A stretch of DNA of 64,000 nucleotides. Source: a virus. Each line of letters opens with the position of its first letter. Position 1 is the first letter of the stretch. Of this stretch, positions 35,276 through 43,973 are shown piece after piece. The position numbers and the translations under genes were made by a program. The notes under the pieces are model-generated. The model worked only from the letters and a program-made list of their open reading frames with translations, was not told the DNA's origin and ran no database searches. The stretch lies in the IMG/VR virus record IMGVR_UViG_3300017963_000003, positions 64,001 through 128,000 of that record; one strand, written 5' to 3'.

Positions 35276-35707
35276 TCAGACACTCAGCGCTTTCAGACAC
35301 TCGGCACACAAGACATTCTTGTTGTCCGGGTGATGTTCGACATGCCCGCACCGAGGACAGATCCGTACAGGACCCGCCAACTCCCGAAGAGAGTCCTTCA
35401 CCTTGACCAGTACGTCGCGCTCCCTCTCTATCGTATCACGGAGGTGCCCCGCAACAGTTGCGGCATCCTTCCGGAGCTTGGATGCTTGGGCGCCAGTGAT
35501 GTACAGGTACTGATACGTCAGCATCCGGTCTTTCATCGCTGACAGATCTTTCATGAGTTGATCCCGTTCACCCCGCTCCTTGTACCGCTGGGCGTTGACC
35601 GTTTGAAGCTCTCCGCGAGCTTCGTTGTACAGGCGTTCGAACTCCTGCGCTCGTTCGAAAAGCTGTGCTTTGGTCATTCGGGAAAGACGGGGGGCAGTAT
35701 TGCTCAT
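35276..35707 (-). CDS. Coiled-coil protein with C-terminal Zn ribbon
   Basis: CPRC...CAEC; GGAGG RBS; promoter TTGCGA-N17-TATAGT at 35758-35730. Confidence 0.7.
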   Translation of the reverse strand: MSNTAPRLSRMTKAQLFERAQEFERLYNEARGELQTVNAQRYKERGERDQLMKDLSAMKDRMLTYQYLYITGAQASKLRKDAATVAGHLRDTIERERDVLVKVKDSLRELAGPVRICPRCGHVEHHPDNKNVLCAECLKALSV

Positions 35708-35762
35708 CGATCACCTCCTGTAGGCTAGTACTATACCACAGGATGGTGGACTTCGCAACTAT

Positions 35763-36194
35763 TTAGTAGGAACCGACCTGATAGGGGTATGGATTTCGAC
35801 GAAGATAATCGTCCCACCATTGAGAACCTTCGGAAACGTAAGACTGCGGCTCCGCCCTCTTCTTCTCCTGAGCCTCTTCCAAGGTATTCATACGTTCCGA
35901 GATCTCATTGATAGTAGTGGCGAGGCTGTTGCTCCATTCGATGGCTTGTCCGCTCCACGCCGCCAAGGCCTCGACCTGAGCTTGAAGCTCCCAGATCTGG
36001 ATCTCCAGGTCCTCTATCTGTTCTTCAGAGAGGGTCTGCTCTGCCCGGAGCTGTTCCAGGAGTGCATGCAGCTCCTCTACGTTGGCAGCCGCCCCCTCCA
36101 GCTCGGCATCCAGATCGTAGACCTCTTCCTCGGGGACCTCGGCGCCTACCACCTGGGCGATACGGACCAGTGATGCGTTGAGTAGACCTGACAT
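35763..36194 (-). CDS. Coiled-coil hypothetical protein
   Basis: ORF track; long heptad run. Confidence 0.65.
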   Translation of the reverse strand: MSGLLNASLVRIAQVVGAEVPEEEVYDLDAELEGAAANVEELHALLEQLRAEQTLSEEQIEDLEIQIWELQAQVEALAAWSGQAIEWSNSLATTINEISERMNTLEEAQEKKRAEPQSYVSEGSQWWDDYLRRNPYPYQVGSY

Positions 36195-36226
36195 GAGCCT
36201 ACCCTACCACAAGAGGGGTCGGAAAC

Positions 36227-36946
36227 CTAAAGAGACTCTGATCCCTGCGAAAGGCCGCTCTTCAGTTCCTCGTAGTCGAATTTGGAGCCCAGGCACTCTT
36301 TGATCGTGACAACATCGCCACCGAAACCAACCACATTCCCGCAGAGCAGGTGAAGATGGGAACGTACGTACTGCTCCCCCTCGGCAAAGCGGATGCCCTT
36401 CCCAGTAGGTCGGTACTTGCCAGCCTTGGCTCCGGACTCGTTCTCGTGAGCTTCGCGCTCGATCAGACCCCAGTGCACGAGGTACGATCCGTCGGTGCTG
36501 GCCTTGGTGGTCGACGGCACGAGTTCTCGGGTGGAGTACCAACGAGGTTCCTCCTTGAAGGCTCGAACAAGCTTGAGCAAGAAGAGAGCCATCTCGGTGT
36601 GGAGCTTGCGCCGGTACAGCTTGACGAGACGACCGCAACAAGGGCAGGATGCCCCTTTGTCGGTCATCGACATCATCTTCGTCCGAGCCTCTTCCAGTGT
36701 GACCTCTGGGCTCTCCGTATCCGGAGGCAGTTCTACCCGAGGACCCCAAGAGTAGATATCCGAAGGGAAGTGAGTGTACATGAAGCCCAGGATTCCCACG
36801 CTCTTCGCTACGCCTCCTTGGAAGAACACCAGCGCAGGGGCAGCCTCAGCACCCTCCGACAGCTTCACCCAAATACGCTGCGTTCGGGCTACCGCCGTAC
36901 CGATTTCCCCCGAGATTGTTGGTGGTTTCTCGAACCATTGTGACAT
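36227..36946 (-). CDS. Putative DNA-binding (winged-helix-like) protein with CPCC motif
   Basis: CPCCGRLVKLYRRKL...LVHWGLIE...YRPTGKG; promoter TTGACC-N17-TATGGT at 37004-36976. Confidence 0.55.
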   Translation of the reverse strand: MSQWFEKPPTISGEIGTAVARTQRIWVKLSEGAEAAPALVFFQGGVAKSVGILGFMYTHFPSDIYSWGPRVELPPDTESPEVTLEEARTKMMSMTDKGASCPCCGRLVKLYRRKLHTEMALFLLKLVRAFKEEPRWYSTRELVPSTTKASTDGSYLVHWGLIEREAHENESGAKAGKYRPTGKGIRFAEGEQYVRSHLHLLCGNVVGFGGDVVTIKECLGSKFDYEELKSGLSQGSESL

Positions 36947-37007
36947 TTTGCCCTCCTGTGCGTATGCTCAGGGGAACCATACCACAATATATAGGTGAGG
37001 TCAAGTA

Positions 37008-37478
37008 TTAGCGGACGAAGGGAGACCGACGAGACGCGACGAACTGCTGATCCCAGAGGTTTTGTGCCCTCTCGTCTTCAGAGGCGAAGCTCATGGCTCC
37101 GGTGTCGGACTCCGCGCTGGCCTCGCTGAGGACGTCCCAGACTTCCTCGCTGGTCGCTCCGGCTTGGAGCTGGTCGAGGAGGCTCGCTGCGATCACAGTA
37201 TCCACGAGCATCTCTACCCCGCTCTCGTCACGGACATACGCCAGGCTCTTCGAAGGGTCCTGGCTCGGAACGGGTTCCACAACAAAACTGCCGATCCCCT
37301 CAAACCCAGAAGGGTCGAGCCCCAACGCCTCTTGCTCACCAGGAGCGCCCCCGATGTTCTGCGGGTTGAAGTAGTCGAGCTTCTGCTGGAGCACATTGGC
37401 CAGGGCCGTGTGGCGTTGCTTGTAGTACGATTCCAGGCGCCCCAGGGCTCCGGTCTCCGCGATGCGTCTCATCTTCAT
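37008..37478 (-). CDS. Hypothetical protein
   Basis: ORF track; GGAGG RBS; TGCTACAGT -10 at 37501. Confidence 0.65.
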   Translation of the reverse strand: MKMRRIAETGALGRLESYYKQRHTALANVLQQKLDYFNPQNIGGAPGEQEALGLDPSGFEGIGSFVVEPVPSQDPSKSLAYVRDESGVEMLVDTVIAASLLDQLQAGATSEEVWDVLSEASAESDTGAMSFASEDERAQNLWDQQFVASRRSPFVR

Positions 37479-37531
37479 GGCTAACCTCCTGAGAGCTTGT
37501 ACTGTAGCACGAAGATCGTCGGAATTATAAA

Positions 37532-38188
37532 CTACAGAGCGTCGTCAAGGTCTTCCGGAAGTTGCTGCTGGGCCTGAGGGGCGAATAGCTCTTCCGGAGA
37601 TTTCAGTTCGGGAAGCTCCTCTTCGGGATCAGGTTCCTTGGAAGACGCTTGAGGGGGTTCTATAGCGGCCAAAACGTCATCGAGGTCCAGGCCCTCCGCA
37701 GAGCCTTCCTCTTCTGCCAGCGCCTCTTCGTCCACCCCGGCCAAAGGATCGTCTGCGGATACTGCGATGCCGTACAGAGCACCGGCACCCATTCCGTAGC
37801 CGGAACCGCTCCCTCCGCCCCCGCCAACTCCCCGAGCAGCCCGGACGGGCTTGAAGGGGTTTTCCTCCACGACCGGTTCCGGGAGAGAAGCATTCGACCC
37901 CAACGCAATCATATCCAACGCAGCTCGCATCGCCTGCATGCTGTGTTGCACCCCTTGCAGCTGGTGGTAGAGATAGCTCGTCTTCTGAGCCTCGAACTCC
38001 ACCTTCTGCTTGAGCAGTTCGTACGTCTTGTCGGTCTTACGCTCCACACGCTCTTCGTCGGAGTCGTCGAGCGCATGGAAGAGGCTGGTGCCGCTCATCG
38101 ACAAGGCAGTCAAGATGCCTCCGATGACCAGACCGACCTTGGTGTACGGGTTCTGGGGGACCTTTGATTTACGAGCAGCTTCCGGCAT
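37532..38188 (-). CDS. Membrane-anchored coiled-coil protein
   Basis: N-terminal TM VGLVIGGILTALSMSG, coiled coil, acidic tail. Confidence 0.65.
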   Translation of the reverse strand: MPEAARKSKVPQNPYTKVGLVIGGILTALSMSGTSLFHALDDSDEERVERKTDKTYELLKQKVEFEAQKTSYLYHQLQGVQHSMQAMRAALDMIALGSNASLPEPVVEENPFKPVRAARGVGGGGGSGSGYGMGAGALYGIAVSADDPLAGVDEEALAEEEGSAEGLDLDDVLAAIEPPQASSKEPDPEEELPELKSPEELFAPQAQQQLPEDLDDAL

Positions 38189-38235
38189 GGAGTCCTCCTC
38201 TCAGGATTATTCTACCATGCCTTTTTGTGTACAGG

Positions 38236-38844
38236 CTAAAGTCGATGCGAATTGTCCCACGGACCTTTCTGGGAAAGAATGAACCTTTCTCCGCTGCGCC
38301 ATCGACGCTCCTCCACGTCGAGAACATGTTCGAAGTGCTCGATCACAGTGGGGTTGTGTACCGCGCATAGAACTTGCGCCGAGATCTCTGCCAGCGAATA
38401 GAGCGCACCGATGAGCCGGTAGCAACTTCGGATACTCAACCCGATGTCAGGTTCGTCGAGAAGAACCACAGGAGAAGGCGACTGCCCGTCTCGGTTGAGG
38501 TCCCTCACGCTCTTCAGAACTCCCTCCAGGAGGAAGTTCATGGCCTGCCCGTGAGACATGAGCCGGGTAGAGAGGGCGACACGAGGAGCCGTAGAGAAGG
38601 CGTCCACGAACAGCGTCCGGGGGTTGTGGCGTTCGGCATCGTAGGCCAGTACCGGGCTAGGGTTCCGCATCTTCAGAAGCACCTCGGACCTCTTACCTTG
38701 CGAGGTCAACAAGATGGACTCCAGGAGGGTCGTCTTACCAGCGCCCTGATCCCCCACGAGGATGTTGATGCCGCTGCTGAGATCGAAATACGTACCCTTC
38801 TCGAAGCATCGAAACTCCTCGTCGAACACGACACGCTCGATCAT
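38236..38844 (-). CDS. ABC/SMC-family ATPase
   Basis: Walker A GDQGAGKT, signature MSHGQ, Walker B VLLDEPD, H-loop AVHNP; start MIERVVF. Confidence 0.85.
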   Translation of the reverse strand: MIERVVFDEEFRCFEKGTYFDLSSGINILVGDQGAGKTTLLESILLTSQGKRSEVLLKMRNPSPVLAYDAERHNPRTLFVDAFSTAPRVALSTRLMSHGQAMNFLLEGVLKSVRDLNRDGQSPSPVVLLDEPDIGLSIRSCYRLIGALYSLAEISAQVLCAVHNPTVIEHFEHVLDVEERRWRSGERFILSQKGPWDNSHRL

Positions 38845-38845
38845 C

Positions 38846-39253
38846 TCAGTACTCCAGCTCCATGATGTCCTCGATGTCGTTGATGACCTGGGCCGCACCT
38901 TCCAGCGGGGTTTCACACCGTTGGATGTCGGAAGCCACGCTCTCCGGAAACTCCTCGATGTACTCCATGATGCGCCGTAGGATCGTGTTGTCCAACCGGG
39001 AACGAAAAATTCCGTACTCGCGCTGGGCGGCCACTGTCATGAAGATCCCGCGTGCGCGTACCTTCCCGTCACGGCCACGGAGCCAACCTTTCCTACGGAG
39101 AGACTCCAGGTGGCAGCTGACTCCGTTGGTCGAGGTAATGCCCATCTCGGCACCGATCTCACGCAGAGAAGGGAAGACGCCGCCGTTCGCTTCGTAAAAG
39201 GACACCATGAAGTCCATGACGTCCTGCTGCCGGGGGCTCAACTTTTCGAGCAT
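38846..39253 (-). CDS. LexA-type DNA-binding domain protein without the peptidase domain
   Basis: LSPRQQDVMDFM...PSLREIGAEMGITSTNGVSCHLESLRRKGWL. Confidence 0.85.
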   Translation of the reverse strand: MLEKLSPRQQDVMDFMVSFYEANGGVFPSLREIGAEMGITSTNGVSCHLESLRRKGWLRGRDGKVRARGIFMTVAAQREYGIFRSRLDNTILRRIMEYIEEFPESVASDIQRCETPLEGAAQVINDIEDIMELEY

Positions 39254-39705
39254 CCCCCCTCGCGCTCTTCCTGTTTCTTCAGGAGCGCCTTCACCTTCTT
39301 CGCATGACGCCTCGAACCCTCTGCGCTCTTCTCCTGATGCTTTTCTCTGCATACCACCTTCTCCATCAGTCGGTCGTACTCAAATCTGCCCGGAAGCGTC
39401 CACGGGGTCAGCTCGCCTCTGAGGTAGATCGGCCATCCTATCTTGCTGATCAAGGGCTTCCGGAAGTCCTTGGCGATCAACGCGGGACGCCGTGTACCCG
39501 ATTTGGCCTCCGGGAGCGTGTATAGGAGGACTCGCGCGCTGGTTCTCTTGACGACCCTTCGTACACCTACAGCGAGGAGGTCCGCATCGAACGGGTTGTC
39601 CTTGTCTTCCCTCTTCCACCAGATTCCGCGTAACTTACGAGCGTAAATATTCATCTCCGCCCGTCGCAGCTCCGCTTTGGTCATGGCACCCATGCCGTGC
39701 TTCAT
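39238..39705 (-). CDS. Basic hypothetical protein
   Basis: ORF track. Confidence 0.55.
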   Translation of the reverse strand: MKHGMGAMTKAELRRAEMNIYARKLRGIWWKREDKDNPFDADLLAVGVRRVVKRTSARVLLYTLPEAKSGTRRPALIAKDFRKPLISKIGWPIYLRGELTPWTLPGRFEYDRLMEKVVCREKHQEKSAEGSRRHAKKVKALLKKQEEREGGCSKS

Positions 39706-40430
39706 ACAGTACCTCTCCGAGAACAGAAATTCGAGAACGCCGTAGACGCCTCTGAGGGCTCAACCTCTGCCAGCGTAGACACGCGCCCCCAGCAATCCTC
39801 CAGCACCGACAGCTCTGAAGGGGCCGCATCGATCCTGTCGGGCGTGTTCAACGACGCATTGGCGTGCCAGTGCTCGTACATCTCCACCACCCTCTGCTGG
39901 AAAGGATCGGACTCGTACATCTCTGCCTGCTCCCCACGTCCACTTCTGCGAGCAGCCAGTACGTTCACGTCATCAACTGCCAAGTAGAGCCAGAGATGAG
40001 GCTCCAGTACTCTCGGATGGTCTACTCCGCGCTTTACATTCACACGCCACATTTCGTCGAGAAGTTGAGAAAACCTTTTCTCAGCGCCCTCCCGAGTCTC
40101 TGCGCTGGCACTCTGGTAGACAAGGGTGCTGGCGTAGTACCGATCACAGATCACGTGCTTTCCGGACTCCAGGGCAGGTTCGATCTCTTCACGAACGTGA
40201 TGCAGCCGATCCGCCATGAAGAGGTAGCTCATCTCTCTCCACGGCCACGGCTCATCGCTGTTCTTGAGCACTCCACGGATGAACGTCCCTATCGGTCCTG
40301 CCGAGGGCTCCCAGGTCCTGACCACAGACTCCCCGCCCAGACACGTCGTCAATAGAGTGTACAGATTGATCGCCTGTGTCGTCGTCCCTGCTCCGTCGGC
40401 CCCTTCGAGTACGATGAACTTCCCCCGCAT
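39702..40430 (-). CDS. tmk: Thymidylate (dTMP) kinase
   Basis: FIVLEGADGAGTTTQ P-loop, EPSAGPIG, LFMADR, VICDRYYAST. Confidence 0.9.
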   Translation of the reverse strand: MRGKFIVLEGADGAGTTTQAINLYTLLTTCLGGESVVRTWEPSAGPIGTFIRGVLKNSDEPWPWREMSYLFMADRLHHVREEIEPALESGKHVICDRYYASTLVYQSASAETREGAEKRFSQLLDEMWRVNVKRGVDHPRVLEPHLWLYLAVDDVNVLAARRSGRGEQAEMYESDPFQQRVVEMYEHWHANASLNTPDRIDAAPSELSVLEDCWGRVSTLAEVEPSEASTAFSNFCSRRGTV

Positions 40431-40440
40431 GATGCCCCTC

Positions 40441-40827
40441 CTACTTGGTCAAGTCAGTCTGCGCGGTTCGCAGAATCCTCCTGAAGTTGCTCTTCTCCAG
40501 TTTCGCAAACTTTGCGGCTTCGTTGACGCTCCCGAACCGGGCGATCAACGAAGAGCAGTACACGAGCTGGAACTGCCGAACGTTCCTCATCCGGGCCTTC
40601 TTATAGGGAAGCCCCAGAGGCACGTCTATGGGTACAGAAGAGAACACCTGGTCCACACCCTCGTCAACCGCGCGAACGGCCTCCTGGAGAGCCTGGCGGG
40701 CCTTCTCGATGGCTAGAGCCTCCCCCTTCGTGCAGCCGTCCTCCTCTGTAACGTTGGCCTCCGTCCACAAGGCCTGCGTCTGCTCTTCCAGTTCCTTCAA
40801 GTGCTCCAGTATCTCTGCCCTAGTCAC
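40441..40827 (-). CDS. Protein with a C-terminal Fis-type HTH like that of sigma54 activators
   Basis: LPYKKARMRNVRQFQLVYCSSLIARFGSVNEAAKFAKLEKSNFRRIL; GTG start at 40827 after GAGGAGG. Confidence 0.65.
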   Translation of the reverse strand: MTRAEILEHLKELEEQTQALWTEANVTEEDGCTKGEALAIEKARQALQEAVRAVDEGVDQVFSSVPIDVPLGLPYKKARMRNVRQFQLVYCSSLIARFGSVNEAAKFAKLEKSNFRRILRTAQTDLTK

Positions 40828-41185
40828 TGTCTTCCTCCTCGCCAATGTTTTCCAACTTCGCAGCGTCGTTCCACCCAACGCCGAATCTCTGATATTTTGG
40901 GGGATCAACAGCGTTCCCCTCAGAATCGTACCAAACACCGTCAGACTCGATGCACACCCCAGACACCGCAAACACCGTCCTTTCCAGCTCAACCGCGTCA
41001 GATGACACAACCCAAGACGTCTGCCCCCAAGAAGTCGAAGCAGCCCCTGACGTTCCCCTCAGAGGCCACATCAGTTCCTCGTCCCAGAGAGCCTTACACG
41101 AGAGAGAACACGCGTGACGATTGTCGTTGGTCAGATGGAGACTGCCAGCATCAAACACTCGCCTGCACTGCACGCACTGATACAT
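40820..41185 (-). CDS. Zn-finger hypothetical protein
   Basis: CVQC...ACSLSC. Confidence 0.55.
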   Translation of the reverse strand: MYQCVQCRRVFDAGSLHLTNDNRHACSLSCKALWDEELMWPLRGTSGAASTSWGQTSWVVSSDAVELERTVFAVSGVCIESDGVWYDSEGNAVDPPKYQRFGVGWNDAAKLENIGEEEDSD

Positions 41186-41194
41186 CAGCTCTCC

Positions 41195-41779
41195 TTACTC
41201 ACCGCGTGCCAAGGTAGGGGTGAGGTGATCCCGACAAGGCTTGAATAAAAAGGTCCTCCCGCACTTCTCGCAAAGAGCTTTTCCCGTGGAGACAGCGGTT
41301 AGCGGGAAGTGATTGCACGTCTGGCAAGTCAAACCGAGCGCCTGCAAAGTCTGCCCAAGGTCGAGATCGTCAAAAGAAACCGCCTGCACTACAACCGTGA
41401 AAGACCCATGCAGCTCCGCTGCGTTCCTGTTGACCTGGAAATCGGTGTGTAGCGACTTGACGGAACCTTGCACTTTCCCAACGCCCGGTACCGAGATAAT
41501 GACCCCCGTGTAGCCCTTACCCCAGAGTTCACGAATGAAGTCCCCCATAGGACCGTCGTAGGAACGGTCCACTACGCCGGAATTCATGACCACTACTACT
41601 TCGGGACCTCCGTCTGGAGGGTCGGGCTTCTTCGAGAGCTTTGACCGAACTTCTGCGATCCACTCACGCGTGATCTCCGGTTCGCTGCTTCCAGAATGAA
41701 TCTTGTAGTGTTCATCGCTAGAGTACAGGGCTCCCTCTTTCGGGTACTCGTCTTGTTTGAACCTGACCTCGATTGTCAC
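41195..41779 (-). CDS. Hypothetical protein with C-terminal Zn ribbon
   Basis: CQTC...CEKC. Confidence 0.55.
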   Translation of the reverse strand: MTIEVRFKQDEYPKEGALYSSDEHYKIHSGSSEPEITREWIAEVRSKLSKKPDPPDGGPEVVVVMNSGVVDRSYDGPMGDFIRELWGKGYTGVIISVPGVGKVQGSVKSLHTDFQVNRNAAELHGSFTVVVQAVSFDDLDLGQTLQALGLTCQTCNHFPLTAVSTGKALCEKCGRTFLFKPCRDHLTPTLARGE

Positions 41780-42195
41780 AGCTCCCCATCTCCTCCCTCA
41801 GGTGTTGTCGAGTCTACCCACCTGTCTTGCATGTTGAATCGCTCTTCGTATCTCGGACCCATCTGTTTGAGCAGGGACTTCTCGTCCTCCAGCTCTTCGG
41901 ATGTCGGAACGTGGCCGACCACTCGATAAGTGTTCAAGCTCGCACAGCAGCCTTCACCCACACCCAGCACGTTCACGACGTGAGTGAGTTCCTTACCCTT
42001 GGTGTGGAGTACAAAACCACAGCGCCAGCGTTCTCCGTCCCACTCCAGAGACGGACAGCCACCTTGCTCCTGCCAGATGATCTCTGCGTTGAAACCACTG
42101 AGTTCGATCTTGGCCACTTCCCAGTACGTGTCCATGATCAAATTGCAGGGAGCTTTCCTGCAACAGTAGCCGCACCCTATACAGTCCCTGGGCAT
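41776..42195 (-). CDS. YkgJ-like CxxCxxCC cysteine-cluster protein
   Basis: DCIGCGYCCRKAPC...CPSL...RC. Confidence 0.65.
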   Translation of the reverse strand: MPRDCIGCGYCCRKAPCNLIMDTYWEVAKIELSGFNAEIIWQEQGGCPSLEWDGERWRCGFVLHTKGKELTHVVNVLGVGEGCCASLNTYRVVGHVPTSEELEDEKSLLKQMGPRYEERFNMQDRWVDSTTPEGGDGEL

Positions 42196-42239
42196 CTACG
42201 CCACCTTGCGGCTGCTCCGCTTTTTCTTGTCGCGGGATT

Positions 42240-42509
42240 TCACGTAGAAGTCCTCGTAGCAGGTGTTGAAGACGTCCATGATGAACTCCCCAACCGAACC
42301 GAACCGAACCCCCACCTCTCAGACTCTTCTTCTACCCACAACAGCTCTTCCGAGCTGAGGCAGACCTTGACGAACCTCGTGAGATAACTCACGTGCCACG
42401 GCAGAAGTCCTAGACGAAATGCCGTCTCGTCGATGGTACGTCCTTGAGAGCGTAGGTGAATCATGTCTGCGATACGCTCCAAACCTCGTGCGGTCTTCAT
42501 CACTAGCAC
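42240..42509 (-). CDS. Small HTH-like hypothetical protein
   Basis: ORF track; first gene after the promoter at 42570. Confidence 0.5.
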   Translation of the reverse strand: MLVMKTARGLERIADMIHLRSQGRTIDETAFRLGLLPWHVSYLTRFVKVCLSSEELLWVEEESERWGFGSVRLGSSSWTSSTPATRTST

Positions 42510-42540
42510 CTCCCGTACAGAAACCCGTACAACTCTAACA

Positions 42541-42570
42541 CCTATAGCATAGGTGCAGAGGGGGTGTCAA
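42541..42570 (-). promoter_or_regulatory. Class I sigma70-like early promoter TTGACA-N18-TATAGG
   Basis: Extended TG; followed by the GTTGTACGGG box at 42533-42524. Confidence 0.65.
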
Positions 42571-42644
42571 GTTTTTCCCCATGACGTTCGTCTTTGTACA
42601 TTTACGTAGTCTTGTCAATAGAGCGCAGATTCACCACTTTTTTC

Positions 42645-42673
42645 TTGACAGCAGCTCCGGGAAGCCCCATATT
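42645..42673 (+). promoter_or_regulatory. Sigma70-like promoter for the tRNA cluster, TTGACA-N17-CATATT
   Basis: Perfect -35 hexamer, 17 nt spacer, divergent from the early promoter at 42570. Confidence 0.65.
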
Positions 42674-42763
42674 GGCACACTGCGACGGTGAGAACGATGA
42701 AGAGAAACTACCAGATGCGACCTTGCCCATCCCCTACGGCGCCCCGAGAGGGGCGATCCGTAT

Positions 42764-42837
42764 CCGGGTGTGGCGCAGTCTGGCAGCGCACTTGATTCGG
42801 GATCAAGGGGTCGGGAGTTCGAATCTCCCCGCCCGGA
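42764..42837 (+). tRNA. tRNA-Pro(CGG)
   Basis: Cloverleaf folded by hand; anticodon arm CTTGA-TTCGGGA-TCAAG. Confidence 0.9.
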
Positions 42838-43004
42838 CAGATGGAGAGAGAACGATGAAACGCAAGAGACGAGAAACAGTCATGCCAACCATCACTCCCG
42901 CCGCCACGGCTCCCCGCCGGTGGTGCCTCTCCTCGTTTACCCAGCTATCCCAACATCTCTATTTGAATTCGAGTCTGTAGGCCTAGTTTAGGCCCGCAGA
43001 GCTT

Positions 43005-43091
43005 GGAGTCGTAGCCTCAACGGTAAGGCCCCGCCCCGGAACGGCGTGTGCACGGTCTCCCGTGGTCCAGGTTCGAATCCTGGCGGCTCCG
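43005..43091 (+). tRNA. tRNA-Ser(GGA)-like, atypical anticodon arm
   Basis: Good acceptor, D and T arms and long variable arm; loop CCGGAAC lacks U33 and the stem has only 4 pairs. Confidence 0.6.
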
Positions 43092-43165
43092 CTCGAATTG
43101 TTGTGAAGGAATAAGCAGCAACGCTGTTTGCTGCTCGTAGATCTTTGAAAATTGAGCAGCAAACA

Positions 43166-43257
43166 GGAGGGATGGCTGAAATGGCAATAGCGGCGGTCTC
43201 GAAAATCGCAGCCCACGGCGTCGTACCGTGGTGGGGGTTCGAATCCCTCTCCCTCCT
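43166..43257 (+). tRNA. tRNA-Ser(CGA)
   Basis: GCGGT-CTCGAAA-ATCGC; long variable arm CCACGG/CCGTGG. Confidence 0.85.
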
Positions 43258-43259
43258 CT

Positions 43260-43339
43260 GTGGCCGTAGCTCAAAGTTTGGATAGAGCCCCGGATTGTGG
43301 CTCCGGGGGTTGCGGGTTCGAGTCCCGTCGGTCACTCCA
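43260..43339 (+). tRNA. tRNA-His(GTG)
   Basis: CCGGA-TTGTGGC-TCCGG; encoded CCA. Confidence 0.9.
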
Positions 43340-43340
43340 G

Positions 43341-43412
43341 AGGGCTGTAGTTCAGTTGGAAGAACATCGGGATTTGACCCCGACGACCACGGTTCAAGTC
43401 CGTGCAGCCCTT
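43341..43412 (+). tRNA. tRNA-Gln(TTG)
   Basis: TCGGG-ATTTGAC-CCCGA. Confidence 0.8.
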
Positions 43413-43415
43413 CAG

Positions 43416-43491
43416 GTCTCGGTAGCTGAGTTGGTTCAAGCGCTGGGCTGCAACCCCGGAGACACCCGTTCAAGTCGGGTCCGAGACTCCA
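43416..43491 (+). tRNA. tRNA-Cys(GCA)
   Basis: CTGGG-CTGCAAC-CCCGG; encoded CCA. Confidence 0.9.
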
Positions 43492-43492
43492 C

Positions 43493-43577
43493 GGAAGGAT
43501 GGCTGAGAGGTAAAGCAGCGGGTTGCTAACCCGTGGTCGTCCGCCAGGACGCGGAGGTTCGATCCCTCCTCCTTCCG
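43493..43577 (+). tRNA. tRNA-Ser(GCT)
   Basis: GCGGG-TTGCTAA-CCCGT; long variable arm; G73. Confidence 0.9.
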
Positions 43578-43582
43578 CAAAC

Positions 43583-43656
43583 GGGTGGGTAGCTTGAACT
43601 GGTAGAGCACCGGACTCCAAATCCGGAAGGTCCAGGTTCGAATCCTGGCTCACCTG
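43583..43656 (+). tRNA. tRNA-Trp(CCA)
   Basis: CCGGA-CTCCAAA-TCCGG. Confidence 0.9.
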
Positions 43657-43661
43657 CTGAT

Positions 43662-43737
43662 GCGTCCGTAGGCTAATTGGCAAAGTCGCCTCGCTCAAAA
43701 TGAGGGTCAACTCTCGGTTCGAGTCCGAGCGGACGCA
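43662..43737 (+). tRNA. tRNA-Leu(CAA), short variable region
   Basis: CCTCG-CTCAAAA-TGAGG; 7-nt variable region. Confidence 0.8.
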
Positions 43738-43741
43738 CAAA

Positions 43742-43814
43742 GGACGGATAGCTCAGTTGGTAGAGCGGTGGCTTGTTAAGCCAAGGCGCGGGGGTTCGAG
43801 TCCCTCTCCGTCCG
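43742..43814 (+). tRNA. tRNA-Asn(GTT)
   Basis: GTGGC-TTGTTAA-GCCAA. Confidence 0.85.
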
Positions 43815-43819
43815 CAGTT

Positions 43820-43892
43820 GCGCGTGTAGGCCAACGGAAGAGTCGCCAGGTTCAGAACCTGGATGTTGGAGGTTCGAATCCTCTCACGCGCA
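43820..43892 (+). tRNA. tRNA-Leu(CAG), short variable loop
   Basis: CCAGG-TTCAGAA-CCTGG; 5-nt variable loop; 73 nt. Confidence 0.8.
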
Positions 43893-43897
43893 CCGTT

Positions 43898-43969
43898 GGG
43901 TAGGTAACTCAGTAGGTAGAGTGCCGGCCTGAAAAGCCGGATGCGGCGGTTCGATTCCGCCCCTGCTCA
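43898..43969 (+). tRNA. tRNA-Phe(GAA)
   Basis: CCGGC-CTGAAAA-GCCGG. Confidence 0.85.
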
Positions 43970-43973
43970 CTAT

